The position numbers and the translations under genes are program-made. Shown one piece after another: positions 37,895 through 52,131 of a stretch of DNA of 64,000 nt. Location: positions 190,278,001 to 190,342,000 of the forward strand of contig OZ024743.1 of assembly GCA_964016885.1 (NCBI GenBank), read 5' to 3'. Positions within the stretch are counted from its first letter, which is position 1. Each line of letters begins with the position of its first letter. The notes under the pieces are model-generated. The model worked only from the letters and a program-made list of their open reading frames with translations, searched no databases and was not told where the DNA came from. Source of the stretch: Eledone cirrhosa. Its lineage: Eukaryota.

Positions 37895-38615
37895 AAATCG
37901 ATATCCAATTATTTCGATCTCGTTGTTTACAATTTCCTTACAATTTGTAATACAACATTCCCAACCAGAAGCCTAATCTGCGAAGACAGTTTAATTATTG
38001 TATCGACGGATTAACATATCAAAACGTTAAAGTACTCACAATTTCATCAAGTGAAACAATCAGAGTCCTAGTTTAGCACATAAAGATCCACCCGAGTACA
38101 AAACCTCCCATCGAAGCTGGTACAGTCGTGTTTCAAATTCCGTGGAGAATCCGCTGGTCGTCGACTGATACTAAATTCATGACCAGCAAATTCGGAGGAA
38201 TCATAGGCCATCAATACTATAAGGGATTTCCGAGAATCGGCCTTGCAACTAAATTTTCGAGTTGGTGGTTTTATGCCATGTGTGGCCTTAGCTGCTAGTC
38301 GTTCGGCAAATTGGCAGTAATGCTTCATATAGCAGTATGGCATCACCAATATGGAGCACTCGATCATTATTAAAGATCAATTTTGGCAGTTAATTATAAT
38401 AAGGGTTTAGATCGATACCCAGTGATTTTGATCTCGTTGTTTACAATTTGTTCAACAAATTCATTTGGAGCATACGCATATTATTAATCGTAATTCAACA
38501 TTCCCAGCCAGAAGCCTATGCTGTAAATATTGCATTGACTGTTTAACATATGAAAACGTTAAAGTCCTCACTATTTCATCAATGGAAACAGCCATTATTT
38601 TCCTAGTTTAGCACA
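37895..38615. repeat. Diverged direct repeat pair (about 37895-38080 and 38405-38615)
   Basis: Shared GATCTCGTTGTTTACAATTT, CAACATTCCCA.CCAGAAGCCTA, AAAACGTTAAAGT.CTCAC, CCTAGTTTAGCACA. Confidence 0.7.
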
Positions 38616-38863
38616 CATTTTACAGGTGTGTGTCTGTATGTATACTTTTGATATTATCTGTTATTTATTTCGTTAACATATATGTAATATCTTCCAACTG
38701 TCAAACTGTCTGTTTTGTATTTTATGTCATTCTAAATTACTACGTATTTCTCACCTGTAATTTAATAGCAATGTTCTGGAAGACAGCTTAATTAAACAAT
38801 AACACACTTTTTATTGCCAAATCGTATTATATGTTTTAACTTTATTACTGATTACACAGTTTC

Positions 38864-38887
<24 letters not shown>

Positions 38888-38894
<7 letters not shown>

Positions 38895-39725
38895 ATACTT
38901 TGGGAGGGTCATGTTGCCAATAAGAAACACACGCACCAGTTGTTTTCACTTCAATTTATTATAGATTTTATACATGTTATAAATATGAATTTTATAAATT
39001 TCCGGATGGTTGTTTATATATTGCCAAAGTTCTTTCATCACACATTATGTGACCTCTTCAGTGACTGGGATTCTTTTCTTTGTTTTGTGCCTCTCCTTTG
39101 TTCTGTCCTACACCATCTTGTTTTTGTGTGTGTTGTGTGCTTGGTTTGCGCATATGTTACATCCGGGTGTCTGTGTGTGTTTTTATTTGTTTATTTATTT
39201 GTTTATTAACATGTTACTAGTTGGTTGTTTGTTCTATATGTGTGTGTCTTTTCATTTTGTCTTTAATTATAAGTTGTGATGTTGCTATTCCATTCATGTT
39301 TTCTATTTAATTTGGTTGGAGTTCATTTATGTTTATTGCCTCTGTGATTTGTCTAAGCATTGCGTCTATTCTGTGTGTATATTCTATTTTTATCTCTCTG
39401 TTCTCTAATTTGCCCTTATGTTCTATTTTAGCATGTTGGTGGAGTATTGATGAGTATTTTCTATCTTGGAGTTCTCGCCAGTGTTCATTTAATCGTACTC
39501 CTATGCTACGAGCTGTCTCACCTATGTATATTATATTCTTATTTTTACATTGTCCATCAGTACATCTTATGATATATACTATGTTTCTAGTTTTACAGTT
39601 AATATGGTGGCTTAGCTTACAGATTTATATCTATAAAATTTATAAAATCTATAATGAATTGAAGTGAAACCAACTGGTACGAGTGTTTCTTATTGTCAAC
39701 ATGACCCTCCCTAAGTATAACAATA
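38888..39725 (-). mobile_element. Penelope-like 3' fragment with GIY-YIG domain and inverted terminal duplication
   Basis: - strand reads CKTRNIVYIIRC...IYIGETARSIGVRLNEH; 38888-38970 is inverted at 39640-39725. Confidence 0.85.
39023..39065 (-). ncRNA. Minimal type I hammerhead ribozyme motif
   Basis: gtca-CTGAAGA-g gtcaca(taatg)tgtgat-GAAA-gaac-TT-tggc. Confidence 0.7.
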
Positions 39726-39780
39726 TCGGTTTCAACACACGTTTTCAGATAAAGAATCTTGCTAAACAAATTCAGAAACG

Positions 39781-39822
<42 letters not shown>

Positions 39823-40279
39823 TTGATGGTAGCTATGATGCTTCCAGAGGCGGTATGCCGGTTGAGCACTCTATGTTCTTACAGAACAGAGTGTGATATA
39901 ATATAAAACGAAAAATCAGTGATGCATCTGGACTCAATTTATTGTGTTAAAATTGTTTCGCCGGCAGACAGCTCGAGACACGATCATTGTATGGATCTGT
40001 CTGATTCTGAAACTGCAGGTTCGTCGGACACTCGCAATAATTCCGGATCAAATTTTCTCACTGGGGTGTTAGCGTCAAAAAACATCTTCTTCGCTTGTCC
40101 TACTGTTTGCTGTTGTTTTTCTACGTCATCATAAATTCTGGCCAATAGTTGCTGTCAGACTGTCCATCAGCCTGACACACTTCAAAGAATTCATGCTGGG
40201 TTTGGTATTTCACAAGTCCACTCACACACACATATACACATATACCCACATGCATACATACACATATACACATACACAC

Positions 40280-40393
<114 letters not shown>

Positions 40394-40748
40394 ATTCAAG
40401 AAAGAAGATTGACATGGTTCGCTATACAAAAAGGGCTTTATTCACATTGCTGACCATGGTTTCTTTGATCTGGCAGGTCTAGAGTTCGCTGTACGCCTGA
40501 TTATGCGCCAATCTATCTCCAATACTTGGTTTATAATCAGTCGTTTTCATCAGATCGGGTGAAATGAAGAAGATACATACGGAATGATTTTTATATAAGT
40601 GTGGTATTAAACCAGAACAATAAAAAAGGGCTCGATAAGGATAAATATATATCAAATATAGAAGAACCGTAGAGCAAATATTTATTAAAATAACAGATTA
40701 GAGTTTAAGCAAAGAATCGCTGCTTTCAACATTATCGGGTATATATAT

Positions 40749-40785
<37 letters not shown>

Positions 40786-40919
40786 CACTCACATACACAC
40801 ACACACGCACACAACCATATAACTAACAATATACGCGTCCACAGACGCCTGCCTACATGCCCGCATACATCAGCTCTCACACGCACACACACGCGCACAC
40901 ACACACACACACACACACA

Positions 40920-41270
40920 CATTTAAAGGTCGTGGATGTTGCGCCGATGTAGGTGCCCTTTACATTGCGACATTTAAATCGCGGATGTATAACAACACGA
41001 ACTCCTTCAAGGACAGCAGTAAGAGGCACTCCACTAGGCTAGCGGACCTGGTGTGGGACCTGAAAGACAAAGGCTTGACTGGAGTATCGTTCGGCACGCG
41101 AATGCATACTCGGCTGGAAGTAGAAAGTGTAGCCTATGCCTATACGAGGCCATGGAAATAGTCAGACTGAAGGATGATGCGGTAAACCTGAAATTGGAAA
41201 TTATTATGACCTGCAGACACCAGAGAAGGTGCACACTCTCCGCATGGAATCCTCCGGGAAGTACAGGCTA
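40920..41270 (+). pseudogene. GIY-YIG C-terminal fragment of a Penelope-like element
   Basis: FKSRMYN..SFK..STRLA..WSIV..CSLCLYE..CRH pattern; followed by a low-complexity 3' region and an inverted duplication. Confidence 0.7.
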
Positions 41271-42969
41271 AGGGCTCGCGGCGGAGTACGCGACGAAATG
41301 GGTTCAAGGGATCAGACACCATACCCTGATGACAATATATGCCCCGTGGAGTAAACCAAAATAACCCAAGATGCATACCCGACTCTGCACGTCACCCTAC
41401 GCAAGAACATCGCCTGAGCCGGGACAGGTTGACCCGGATTCCACGGTCTTTCAGTCAAATACCTTACAACTATAGGACAACATACCTCAACCACAGTGAC
41501 ATACTCCAGTATGACCGGGCTACGCACCCCCGTGCATGTGTACCTTTTCAATCGTGAATACATACTCTCCACGTGTTCCATTTTAGAACACATATTATTT
41601 GTTCCGTATACAGACCTAAGTGTGCATCTCATACTCCCCATGTGTACTATATCATACACATACCCGTACCTTCTTCTTTCTCCTCTCTTTTTTTATATAT
41701 CTCTATGTGACGTTATATGCATATTTTAATATATTGTATATTTATTTTATTGTTTTAATATGTGTGTATATGTGTATGCGTATGTGTATATATATGTGTG
41801 TTACGTGAATGTGTATGGATGTATGTATATGATTATAATGTTTATATCTGTGCATGTTTAGTACAAGATACATCTTTTAATGTATGACGTTATATGTATA
41901 TTTTAGTATATTGTAGGTTTATTTATAGATGTGTATGTATATGTGTGTATATATGTGTATATGTACATATATATGTGTTTGTGTATATATATATATGTAT
42001 ATATATGTATGTGTATGTGTGTATAAATATATATATATACATTTATTTATTTTTTTATTTATTTACTTATTTATTTATTTATATGTGTGTATGTATACAT
42101 GTATGTGTATGGATGTATGTATTTGGTTACATTGTTTATATTTGTGCATGTCATGGATGACCCCGTATGCCCCATTGTGCAGATTTATATGACTGTGGGT
42201 ATATCATATTTGAGTACGGACAGATATATGTATGCGTTTATGTATCTTTGTAGATGTACGTGGGCACGGAGGTAATTGGGCGCGTATTTGTTTGAATGTA
42301 TACGAGCCAGTGTGTATGTGTGCGTGCGTGTGTGTACGTGCACCTACTCTAGGATAAGGGCTTGTTTGTTTGTGTGTACATTTATGTGTGTACATATACA
42401 TATATATATATATACATGTGTGTGTGTTTGGGAGCGAGTCTGTCTTTGTGCCTCTATATACGCACATGTGTATGTATGTGCGTGTGCGTGTCTATGTATA
42501 TGTCTGTACGTGTTTGTGTATATGAGTAGATATACGCGTACGCATGTGTGTGTCCATATATGCGTGTGCGTGTGTGTGTGTGCGTGTGAGAGCTGATGTA
42601 CGCGGGCATGTAGGCAGGCGTCTGTGGACGCGTATGTTGTTAGTTATATGGTTGTGTGCGTGTGTGTATGTGAGTGTGTATATATATATATATATATAAA
42701 AGAGAAAACACAGGTAAGCATTAAGAGAATCATTAAGAGAAAATCCTTCTCTTAATGCTTACCTGTGTTTTCTCTTTTATACTTTATACTCCAAGATTGA
42801 ATTCTTGCAAACTTGTGGAGTTACCCCTAACCGTACGTTGAAACCATCCATGAAACTGGCTTTCTTAACCACGAACTGGATCACAAAAAGCAATTTTCTG
42901 CTTCCCTAACTATATATGTATATATGTATATATATCTATATATCTATATATATATATATACATATATAA

Positions 42970-43146
42970 TTGTTTATACTTTAGGCACAAGGCCAGCAAT
43001 TACCCAGTTCATTACTGGTACTTTATTTTATCGACCCCGTAAGGATGAAAGGCAAAGTCAACCTCGGCGGGATTTGAACTCAGATCGTAAAGGGACGTAA
43101 CTATGCTGGAAAGCATGGCGTCCGACCTGATACTGCCAATCCACCG
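42970..43146 (-). mobile_element. SINE, same family as 12095
   Basis: Reverse complement match to the SINE. Confidence 0.85.
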
Positions 43147-43372
43147 CAAGTGAACAACATTATATATACATATATAATGTTGTACACTTGTCCCCCTCGC
43201 TTTACGCGATTTACTGGTCCCAATAACTTTTTTTAGTTATTGCTCGCACCAACCTGAGGTATCTGATTTTTAATGCGATGAAATACCAATGATGGTTGGA
43301 AAATCACTGACGAAGGACTATTTTTATCATATGTAACCTATGTTCAACCACGCAGTATTCTTCTTTCTTCTC

Positions 43373-43421
<49 letters not shown>

Positions 43422-43664
43422 GTGTATGTGTATATGTGTATGTAAGTATGTGGATATATGTGTATATGTTTGTGTGAGTGGACTTAAATACCAAACCCAC
43501 CATGAATTCATTGAAGTGTGTCAGACTGATGGACAGTCTGACAGCAACTATTGGCCAGAATTTATGATGACGTAGAAAAATAACAGCAAACATCAGGACA
43601 AGCGAAGAAGATGTTTTTTGACGCTAACACCCCATTGAGAAAATTTGATCCGGAATTATTGCGA

Positions 43665-43752
43665 GTGTCCGACGAACCTGCAGTTCCAGAATCAGACAGA
43701 TCAATACAATGATCGTGTCTCGAGCTGTGTGCCGGCGAAACAATTGTAACAC
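43665..43752 (+). ncRNA. Hammerhead-like motif with extended stem II and a CCGACGA core (inverted twin at 39944-40031)
   Basis: gtgt-CCGACGA-[about 60 nt]-GAAA-caattg-TA-acac. Confidence 0.55.
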
Positions 43753-43795
43753 AATAAATTGAGTCCAGATGCATCACTGATTTTTCGTTTTATAT

Positions 43796-43903
<108 letters not shown>

Positions 43904-44699
43904 ACACACTCGGAATATGACAGAATTTGACATAAACCTCTGCGGAAATCGAACCAAGTATCTGCTATATACCTGACAATTGCATAAACAATTATGTTAA
44001 GACGACCGGGCACGTTTTACCTTCATGTTTAGTATAGTATATAAATGCTTAATTGCTTAAACTGAATGGATTAAAATGTTGTTCTTAACATCATACCACA
44101 TATCGATCACGTCAGCACAACTTGACGAATCAACCACAGCGCTTTCAATACACACACAAACACATTCACATATAGAAAAATATAATGTATGTATGTATGT
44201 ATGTATGTATGTATGTATGTATGTATGTATGTATGTATGTATGTATGTATGTATGTATGTATGTATGTATGTATGTATGTATGTATGTATGCATGCATGC
44301 ATGTGCGGGTATGTATGTATGATCTTGATACAATGATTATATTATTTAATGGAGGAAATGCTTAGACCTAGCTTTTTAATATTCTTTAAATCAGAACTGA
44401 TATAATGTATGTATGTATGTACAACCTGTGACATGGTCGGGTCGTCGGCGACTAAACCAGCAACCCCACCAAGTTAGAAAGCATCTAGAAGCTGCTGGTG
44501 GGGACCCAACATCAGCAGCCAAGCGCATTGTGCATGCGGTTTGCACCTGGCTGCTGATGATGGATCCCAGCCAGCAGCTTCCAGTTCCTTTCTAGCTTTG
44601 ACGAGGAAGGATCGTGCAACTTTCAAGAAGGAAGCTATTGCTTGTATCAGTTATTGTTCTTTAAGTAGGCAGTTATATATTCTTCGTGTACAAGGAAAA

Positions 44700-45866
44700 G
44701 CCAACTAGAACAGAGATGAAATATAGAATAAGAACGCAAAATTCTGTAAAACAAAATTTCAAAGCTTCATGGATAAAACCTCGCATAAATGGATAAAATG
44801 GATAAAACCTCACATAAATGTCAATCAGAGCCATCGCAAAAGAACTTACCGTCTAAAAATACACCACCGGAGGAGTAGTCCATGAAGACAACTGATAAAT
44901 AGTTTATGTGATGCGGAGAGGTCAGTTTATGTTGGATGTGACAAAAGAAAATTGTTTGGTCCGTGTAAAGCTCTTACCGAATAAGGTAAAGCATCAAGTA
45001 ACTGAAATACTTTGGTTCTGTTCTGATGAGAAACATTTTGATCAGGTAAACCGGAGGAACGATAGATGGCTATGCGGAGACACAAATGAGGTTCCAACGG
45101 CATGCACACGATATTTCTAGTGTCTATGAAGGTTCTGGGTGTCATCATTCTCTCTCGTTTCTTTTCTCATGGGTTAAGAGTCAACGTTGCTGTCTACAAA
45201 GAGGTGTTAGGGATAATTGTGAACCACTGGATAGTTAGAGTAATCACAAGAAGACTACCCATATTCCAACAAGTCTACACGCGCTCTCACAAAGCCAGAA
45301 GGAAATAATTGTTTCTACTTTTGGCACAAGGCCAGCAATTACCCAGTGCATTACTTGTACTTTATTTTATCGACCCTGTAAGGATGAATGGCAAAGTTAA
45401 CCTCGACCGGGTTTGAACTCAGACCGTAAAGGGACGTAACTATGCTAGAAAGCATGCCGTCCAACCCTCTACCGATACTGCCAATTCACCGTCAGAACGA
45501 AATAATGCGTGACAATCTCTATCACCAAGTTCTTCCTGATGCATGGACTCAAAGCTCCCCAGACCTCAATCCCGTAGACTATTAAGTAGGAAGCGTATTT
45601 GAAAACAAAGTCAATCAACACCCTCACAACATTATGGACTTTCTCTAGTCCACCATAATCAGCACAATATCCAGTATTGATAGAGGTAATCTAATTCGGG
45701 CATGCCAACGCTTCAGATCCTCTTTTGAAGCTAATGGAGGATTCATTAAATAGATATCATAATTGTATTTTAAATAATATTTGTACCAATTTATATCTAA
45801 ATATAGCATTTCTTTGATGTTCTATGACTCTTTTTTCAAAATTCATGCAAATGTCTTCAAACACCT
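44700..45866 (+). mobile_element. Decayed Tc1/mariner-superfamily transposase relic, interrupted by a SINE
   Basis: WFCSDEKHF, NRRNDRW, IFQQ, SPDLNPVDY motifs in broken frames. Confidence 0.8.
45307..45491 (-). mobile_element. SINE inside the mariner relic with a degenerate 16-bp TSD
   Basis: GCCAGAAGGAAATAAT and GTCAGAACGAAATAAT flank the SINE. Confidence 0.85.
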
Positions 45867-47034
45867 GACACACGCTGTACAATTGGCAAATTGATTTAAT
45901 TATCTTCGCATACTATGTTGATTATGTCGATAAAATTATTGAATATATGTTGATAGAATAATGCATATAGAAAACGCTTTAAAAACTTTTAATGAAAACC
46001 ATAATATATCTATAATAATATTCTGCTACAGTACCACAACAAATCATATACGCTGTACTACGTTTTTATTCACAATTCTAATTGCCGAAGGGCAGTAGCT
46101 GCCCATGGTGTTACCACAAAATAGCCAACCCAGTACAAGTAGTGTTTTGTATTAAGAAAGTTATCCAGCTGTAGAAAACAATCCGCATTGTAACGTATGA
46201 GCAAGACACAGTTGTCGTGTATGTCTGTCATGTCTAAGACCGTACCAGCTTGTCTAACCCATGTAAGCTCGGGAAATAGACGTAAAAGGTCTATTTTTGA
46301 ATGATTTAAGTTAGATTTCTATCTGGATGGGAGATATCGTAGACTGACTTTTGTTAGCTCTAACATACTCTATGCTAGCATAACAATATATTTTTTTCCC
46401 GACATCAATGCCTCTAACTTCAAATTGCCCGATCGCTATTGGCAGTATTGGTAAAACGCCGGATAAAATGTCATAATGGTATTTGATCTACCTCTTACAT
46501 TCTGAGGTCAAATCCTACCAATGTTAGTTTTGCTTTTCATCCTTCTGGGGTCAATAAAATCTATAAATCAATCCTAGTACCAATTGATATATTTGACTTT
46601 GCTCTCCCTAAAAGGGTACTAGCTCTGTAGAAATAAGCAAGAACAAGCATTTCTAAGGCTCACGGAAATACTTTGGTCAAGACAAAGTTATAAGTAGAGA
46701 GTGGCACTTACACGACTGTTTGAACCAGTTAATAGACATTGATTTATTTTGATTGATCACTGCTTAACAACAGATAAACTGGGCTTACTTCTTGTCAAGA
46801 TACGCATTCGGTCAATAAAACAATTGATCATCTATTTAAACTGAGACACCAATATTTAGGCTGTCACCAATACAAATCATGTTTTCACCACGATATCCAA
46901 GTGAGTCCTACAGTTGATTCACACAGTCAATCATAATAAAATACCATGCGTATTATAAATATATATATATATATATATACGTGGAAAAGCAAGAAATCGG
47001 AGAATAGACCGTTAAAACATGTTTATTTAAAACA

Positions 47035-47074
47035 GCACCTACGTACGTTTCGCCCAGTTGGGCTTCTCAAGGGC
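47035..47074 (-). ncRNA. Minimal hammerhead motif with a compensatory U3-A8 core
   Basis: gccc-TTGAGAA-gccc(aact)gggc-GAAA-cgtacg-TA-ggtgc. Confidence 0.65.
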
Positions 47075-47622
47075 ATAAATAACCAAAACTGTTCCTTACA
47101 TTGCTCGGAAAGAGATTTTGGGCTTAAATTCACGTCAAGGTTCATTGCTCGCAAAAATAGCTTGTTTTGATTTTGCAGCAAGCTCCACATTACGCCCCTT
47201 TTTTTATTTTTTATTTTTACTTCATAAACCTTGTTAGTAAATAACATTATTCTTTCTGCACCATTTCTTTAACATGTCCAACACCATCTTTCTACACCAA
47301 TACATGTCACTATCATTTGATAATGCATAAAAATGCTGAAGCCGGTAATAGACAATTATTAAATATATAAATAAATAAATAAATGCCATTGTTATTTAAT
47401 TAATAAATCAACTAATACCTTAACACTTCACACAAAGTAAAATATTTAGTTTTAATCATTTTCAAACCCAGAAAAAAAGAGAGAAAGAAATAAAAAATGG
47501 AAACAATATTTTTTTCTTCCTAATAATCGTCTTTTTCTCCCTGTTTTCATATATATATATATATAAACGGAAAAAATGAAACGAAATTTCATTTCTCTCT
47601 CTTAGTACGGCTGTTACTTAAA

Positions 47623-47669
47623 TATAAGTATGTATACGTACATACATATATGTATACAGACGCACAGTA

Positions 47670-47758
<89 letters not shown>

Positions 47759-48080
47759 CATGCACACATATATATATATGTACGTATGGATTCACCGAAC
47801 GTTTATTATAATGCTCTGTGTGTTTGTAAACAAACATCCTGAATTAAGCCGTACAGTGTCTAGCAACCATCGTTGCTCATTTGTTCAACACTGACAAACG
47901 ATGGTTGCTAGACACTGTATGGCTTAATTCGGGATGTTTGTTTACAAACACACCGAGCATTATAATAAATGTTCGGTGAATCCATACGTACATATATATG
48001 TGTGCATGAATGTATATATATATATATATATATACATACTACTATGCGTCTGTAAACATATATGTATGTACGTATACATA

Positions 48081-48085
<5 letters not shown>
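47623..48085. repeat. Long palindrome with a 22-nt spacer
   Basis: 47623-47874 is the reverse complement of 47897-48085, apart from (TA)n length and a few substitutions. Confidence 0.9.
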
Positions 48086-48137
<52 letters not shown>

Positions 48138-48239
48138 TAACTCGCGTGTTTCTTCTCCACATTTTATTATATATATATATATATATATACACTTACGCAA
48201 ATACACATATACATACATATGTATATACACATACATATC

Positions 48240-48273
<34 letters not shown>

Positions 48274-48467
48274 CGCACCAGGACATACATAGAAACATAC
48301 ACTCACATATGTGTATATATATATATTTATATACACACACACATATATACACATGTATATACACACATACACATACATATATAAACATAAACATACACAC
48401 ACACATATATATATAAATATAAATACATATAAACACATACACATACACACACATTTACACACACACC

Positions 48468-48500
<33 letters not shown>

Positions 48501-48952
48501 CTATATATATATATATATATATCATTCGCCTAATAGAGGTGTTGCCTCCCTTGCTGAAACCCACGTGGGGTCAGTAATAGCCACACTATCTATAGCATTT
48601 TGGAGCAAAACCCGTTGATAACACGACTTCCTTGTTCATCATCTCACCAGAAACCCAACATTCTTTATGTAGGCGGACAGTACCTGATTTGGGAGTCGCA
48701 GAAACCAATACTGGATTTTACCATTAGTCCAGGGTCCAGGAAAGTATCAACACATATATTTTTATTGTTTGACCCGAATTACTTGGTCGTTTGTTTTGGC
48801 AGTGCGGATGATATGTTTTACCATCATCTCAGTGTGTTGGGCCCTTAACGTATGTTGTAGCTCTGGTTCACATGAATCATCGAGCGATTGCCACACATAT
48901 CGGACGTTGATTTTCGTTAATTCCTGAGCTGAAAACGATTCTCGCTAATTTA

Positions 48953-49015
<63 letters not shown>

Positions 49016-49132
49016 ACATATACATGTATATATATATACAAATAAAATACAGAGTTACTAACTCATATTGATACCCTGCAATTAACAAGCTCAACGTATA
49101 AATACTGAGCATTATATAATAATATATATTTG

Positions 49133-49319
49133 GGTGCTGGATTGGCAGTATCGGTAGAGGGTGGGACGCCATGCTTTGCAGCATAGAGTTGCCGCCCTTT
49201 ATGATCTGAGTTCAAGTCCCGCCGAGGTTAACTTTGCCTTTCATCCTTACGGGGTCGATAAAATAAAGTACCAGTAATACACTGGGATAATTGCTGGCCT
49301 TGTGCCAAAAGGAGAAACA
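49133..49319 (+). mobile_element. SINE, same family as 12095
   Basis: Head, Nin-like core, tail GAAAC+AATTAT. Confidence 0.88.
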
Positions 49320-49325
49320 ATTATA

Positions 49326-49565
49326 TAATAATATATGTAGAAATAAACACAGTAAATTCTGTGTCTAAAAGTACGAGGGTTTGATAAATTTAACCTGAAG
49401 CAAACGGAAGATATAGAATATATATACAGACCGTCTCAATAACTATTTCATCTCTCGAGAGATGAAATAGTTATTGAGACGGTTAAATTTATGAAACCAA
49501 TGTGGTATTTCAACCCTTGTAATTTTAGACACATAATTTACTGTGTTTATTTCTACATATATTAT

Positions 49566-49568
<3 letters not shown>
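49326..49568. repeat. Nested inverted repeat with a perfect 54-bp spacerless palindrome at 49430-49483
   Basis: ACCGTCTCAATAACTATTTCATCTCTC|GAGAGATGAAATAGTTATTGAGACGGT. Confidence 0.9.
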
Positions 49569-49642
<74 letters not shown>

Positions 49643-49775
49643 TGTAAACACACACGCGTACACACACACATGTATATATATGTATATATATATATATAAA
49701 TATATATATAGTCCCCTATATATATATATATATATATATATACACGTACATATATACATACAAACATATACACAG

Positions 49776-49809
<34 letters not shown>

Positions 49810-49817
<8 letters not shown>

Positions 49818-50409
49818 TTATAAACTCAAATAGTCTTTTACAATTAAATAGCTCAAAGAAAGGAATATTTCCTAGCCGTGTAATACACATGAATATATGA
49901 TAGGGATAAACACTGATACAAGTATACATGTGTTCGGATTGCAAATGACCAAGTTAGCTAGATTGAAAAATACTAATTAAAATAATACGCTTTGCCTGTC
50001 TCGATTTAATATAATAAATCAATAAAAGCAAACCTATATTGGCAATAGCTGTGATACCTGGACAAATTTTAAATTTGTTTCGCAACAATTAAGTGAATGT
50101 TCCTATTCCTGTGCTCTTCTACAGGTATCCAGAAGTTGGTAAGTTTCACTTCAAAATACTTAAGAAGACTGAGAGAAATGTGTTGTTGAACGCACATGTG
50201 TCACAGCGCCTAGCACGTCCTATATTCGTTTCGCTAAAAATAGCAGCCAGTTTTATGGGACTAAAAATTAGCTCACGTATGGAGTCGAGAATATTATATA
50301 TAGAGTTATAAACTCAAATAGCCTTTTACAATTAAATAGCTCAAAGAAAGGAATATTTCTGAGCCGTGTAATAGAAATTAATATATGATAGAGATAAATA
50401 CTGATACAA

Positions 50410-50445
<36 letters not shown>

Positions 50446-51902
50446 GCACACATACACGCGTATATACACACACGCATATGCATATATATATAGACATATG
50501 TATATACACATACATACACACATACAGACATACACACAATATATATATACACACACACACATACATAAAACATAATACATATAAACGCATATATAAAGTG
50601 CAAGCATAATATTCCGTATAAAGTTATGCATATATGAAAAAAGGGGGACGAAAGAAAGAAAAAATAGGAAAAATATAAAAATACATGAATGCACACATAC
50701 ATGTACGGAAGCGCGCATCTATGGAGACATAGAAGTATGGAAAAAGTGTGTATATATATATATATATACACAGCTAAACAATTAAATAGATAACAATATA
50801 AATACTATAATATATACACGCACACATACATAAATATATACACGCACACACGCACACATATAAAAATAGATATCCATATATACATAAATATATATACACA
50901 TATTTGTACACTCGTGCACACATACGTATATGCAGAATATATACATACGCATACATAGACATGTAGAAACATACACATTTACATATAACTATACATATAC
51001 ATTTACACACAAATATGCAAGAATAGACACGCAATTATATATAAACACATACATAAGTGAAACATATATAAACATATATGTTCATACATACCTATGAATA
51101 TATCTGAAAGAAAGAATTGGCGTTCCCGTAATTAAATAATGAAATGTAAGGGTGTGTGTAGAATGAGTATAACTATTAGTTAAAAAGAAAAAGTGATGAG
51201 GGTAGTGACAGCATATGACAAAGGATATGTGAATAAAGTGAATATGAGTGTTTTTGGTTGTAGATAAAGTTAAGGCTAAAGGTTAAAAAGGAAGAAGTGT
51301 TCAAGGTCTCTAATAAGTTAAGAAGGGTGGAACGAATGAAAGTGGTCGGTGTGTGTTAAAATTATGACAAAAAGGCGGGGGAGGGGGCGGAATATAATTA
51401 AAATAAATAAGTGGGTGTGTATTGTTTGTAATGGTTGTCTTCATAAAGAGATCAGGGTAGTGAGTGGAAGAGTTAATTCGTAAAATGAGGAAGTTCAGGG
51501 TGGTTGAGTTTTCAAAGGTATATTATACCAGCTGGAAAGAAGATGCGATTTCATGTGTGGACAACTTCGGAAGATCTCAATTTTAGAATTGAGGCAAGTA
51601 GTAGGAGTTACATATTTTGCAGGATTCGGTATTTTTCGGTTATCAAAGAACATATCTTTGTGCTTTTCTGGTATTCTTTTGAGTAGTCTAAAATGGACAA
51701 ATCAATCAAATATGGAATCTTGCGTTCTTTTAACTCTCATACTTTATTAGCCAGCGCCGTAGTTGTTCTTTTGTCTAGGTGTTTGAAGGAAGCGACATGT
51801 GCGTAGTGTCTGATTGTAAATCTATCTTGCGTCATGCCCACATATCGCTCACTCCTAGCTGGTTGGTTATTCACAATATGTGTTATTTTGGCCTCGTATA
51901 TA
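49810..51902 (-). mobile_element. Penelope-like 3' part: GIY-YIG (51500-51902), low-complexity 3' region and partial direct repeat
   Basis: - strand reads IYEAKITH..ERYVGMTQDRFTIRHYAHVASFK; 49810-49925 is repeated at 50300-50410. Confidence 0.75.
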
Positions 51903-51903
51903 T

Positions 51904-52043
51904 ACTAGCAGAATGGCCCGACGTTGCTCGGGATTTGCTCTAGGGTTCTTATATATTTGATATATATTTATCCTTATCGAGCCTCGTGAAATAAATACAT
52001 TTGTTTATATTTTGTTATTGTATATGCAAAAATATCTGTACAC

Positions 52044-52131
<88 letters not shown>

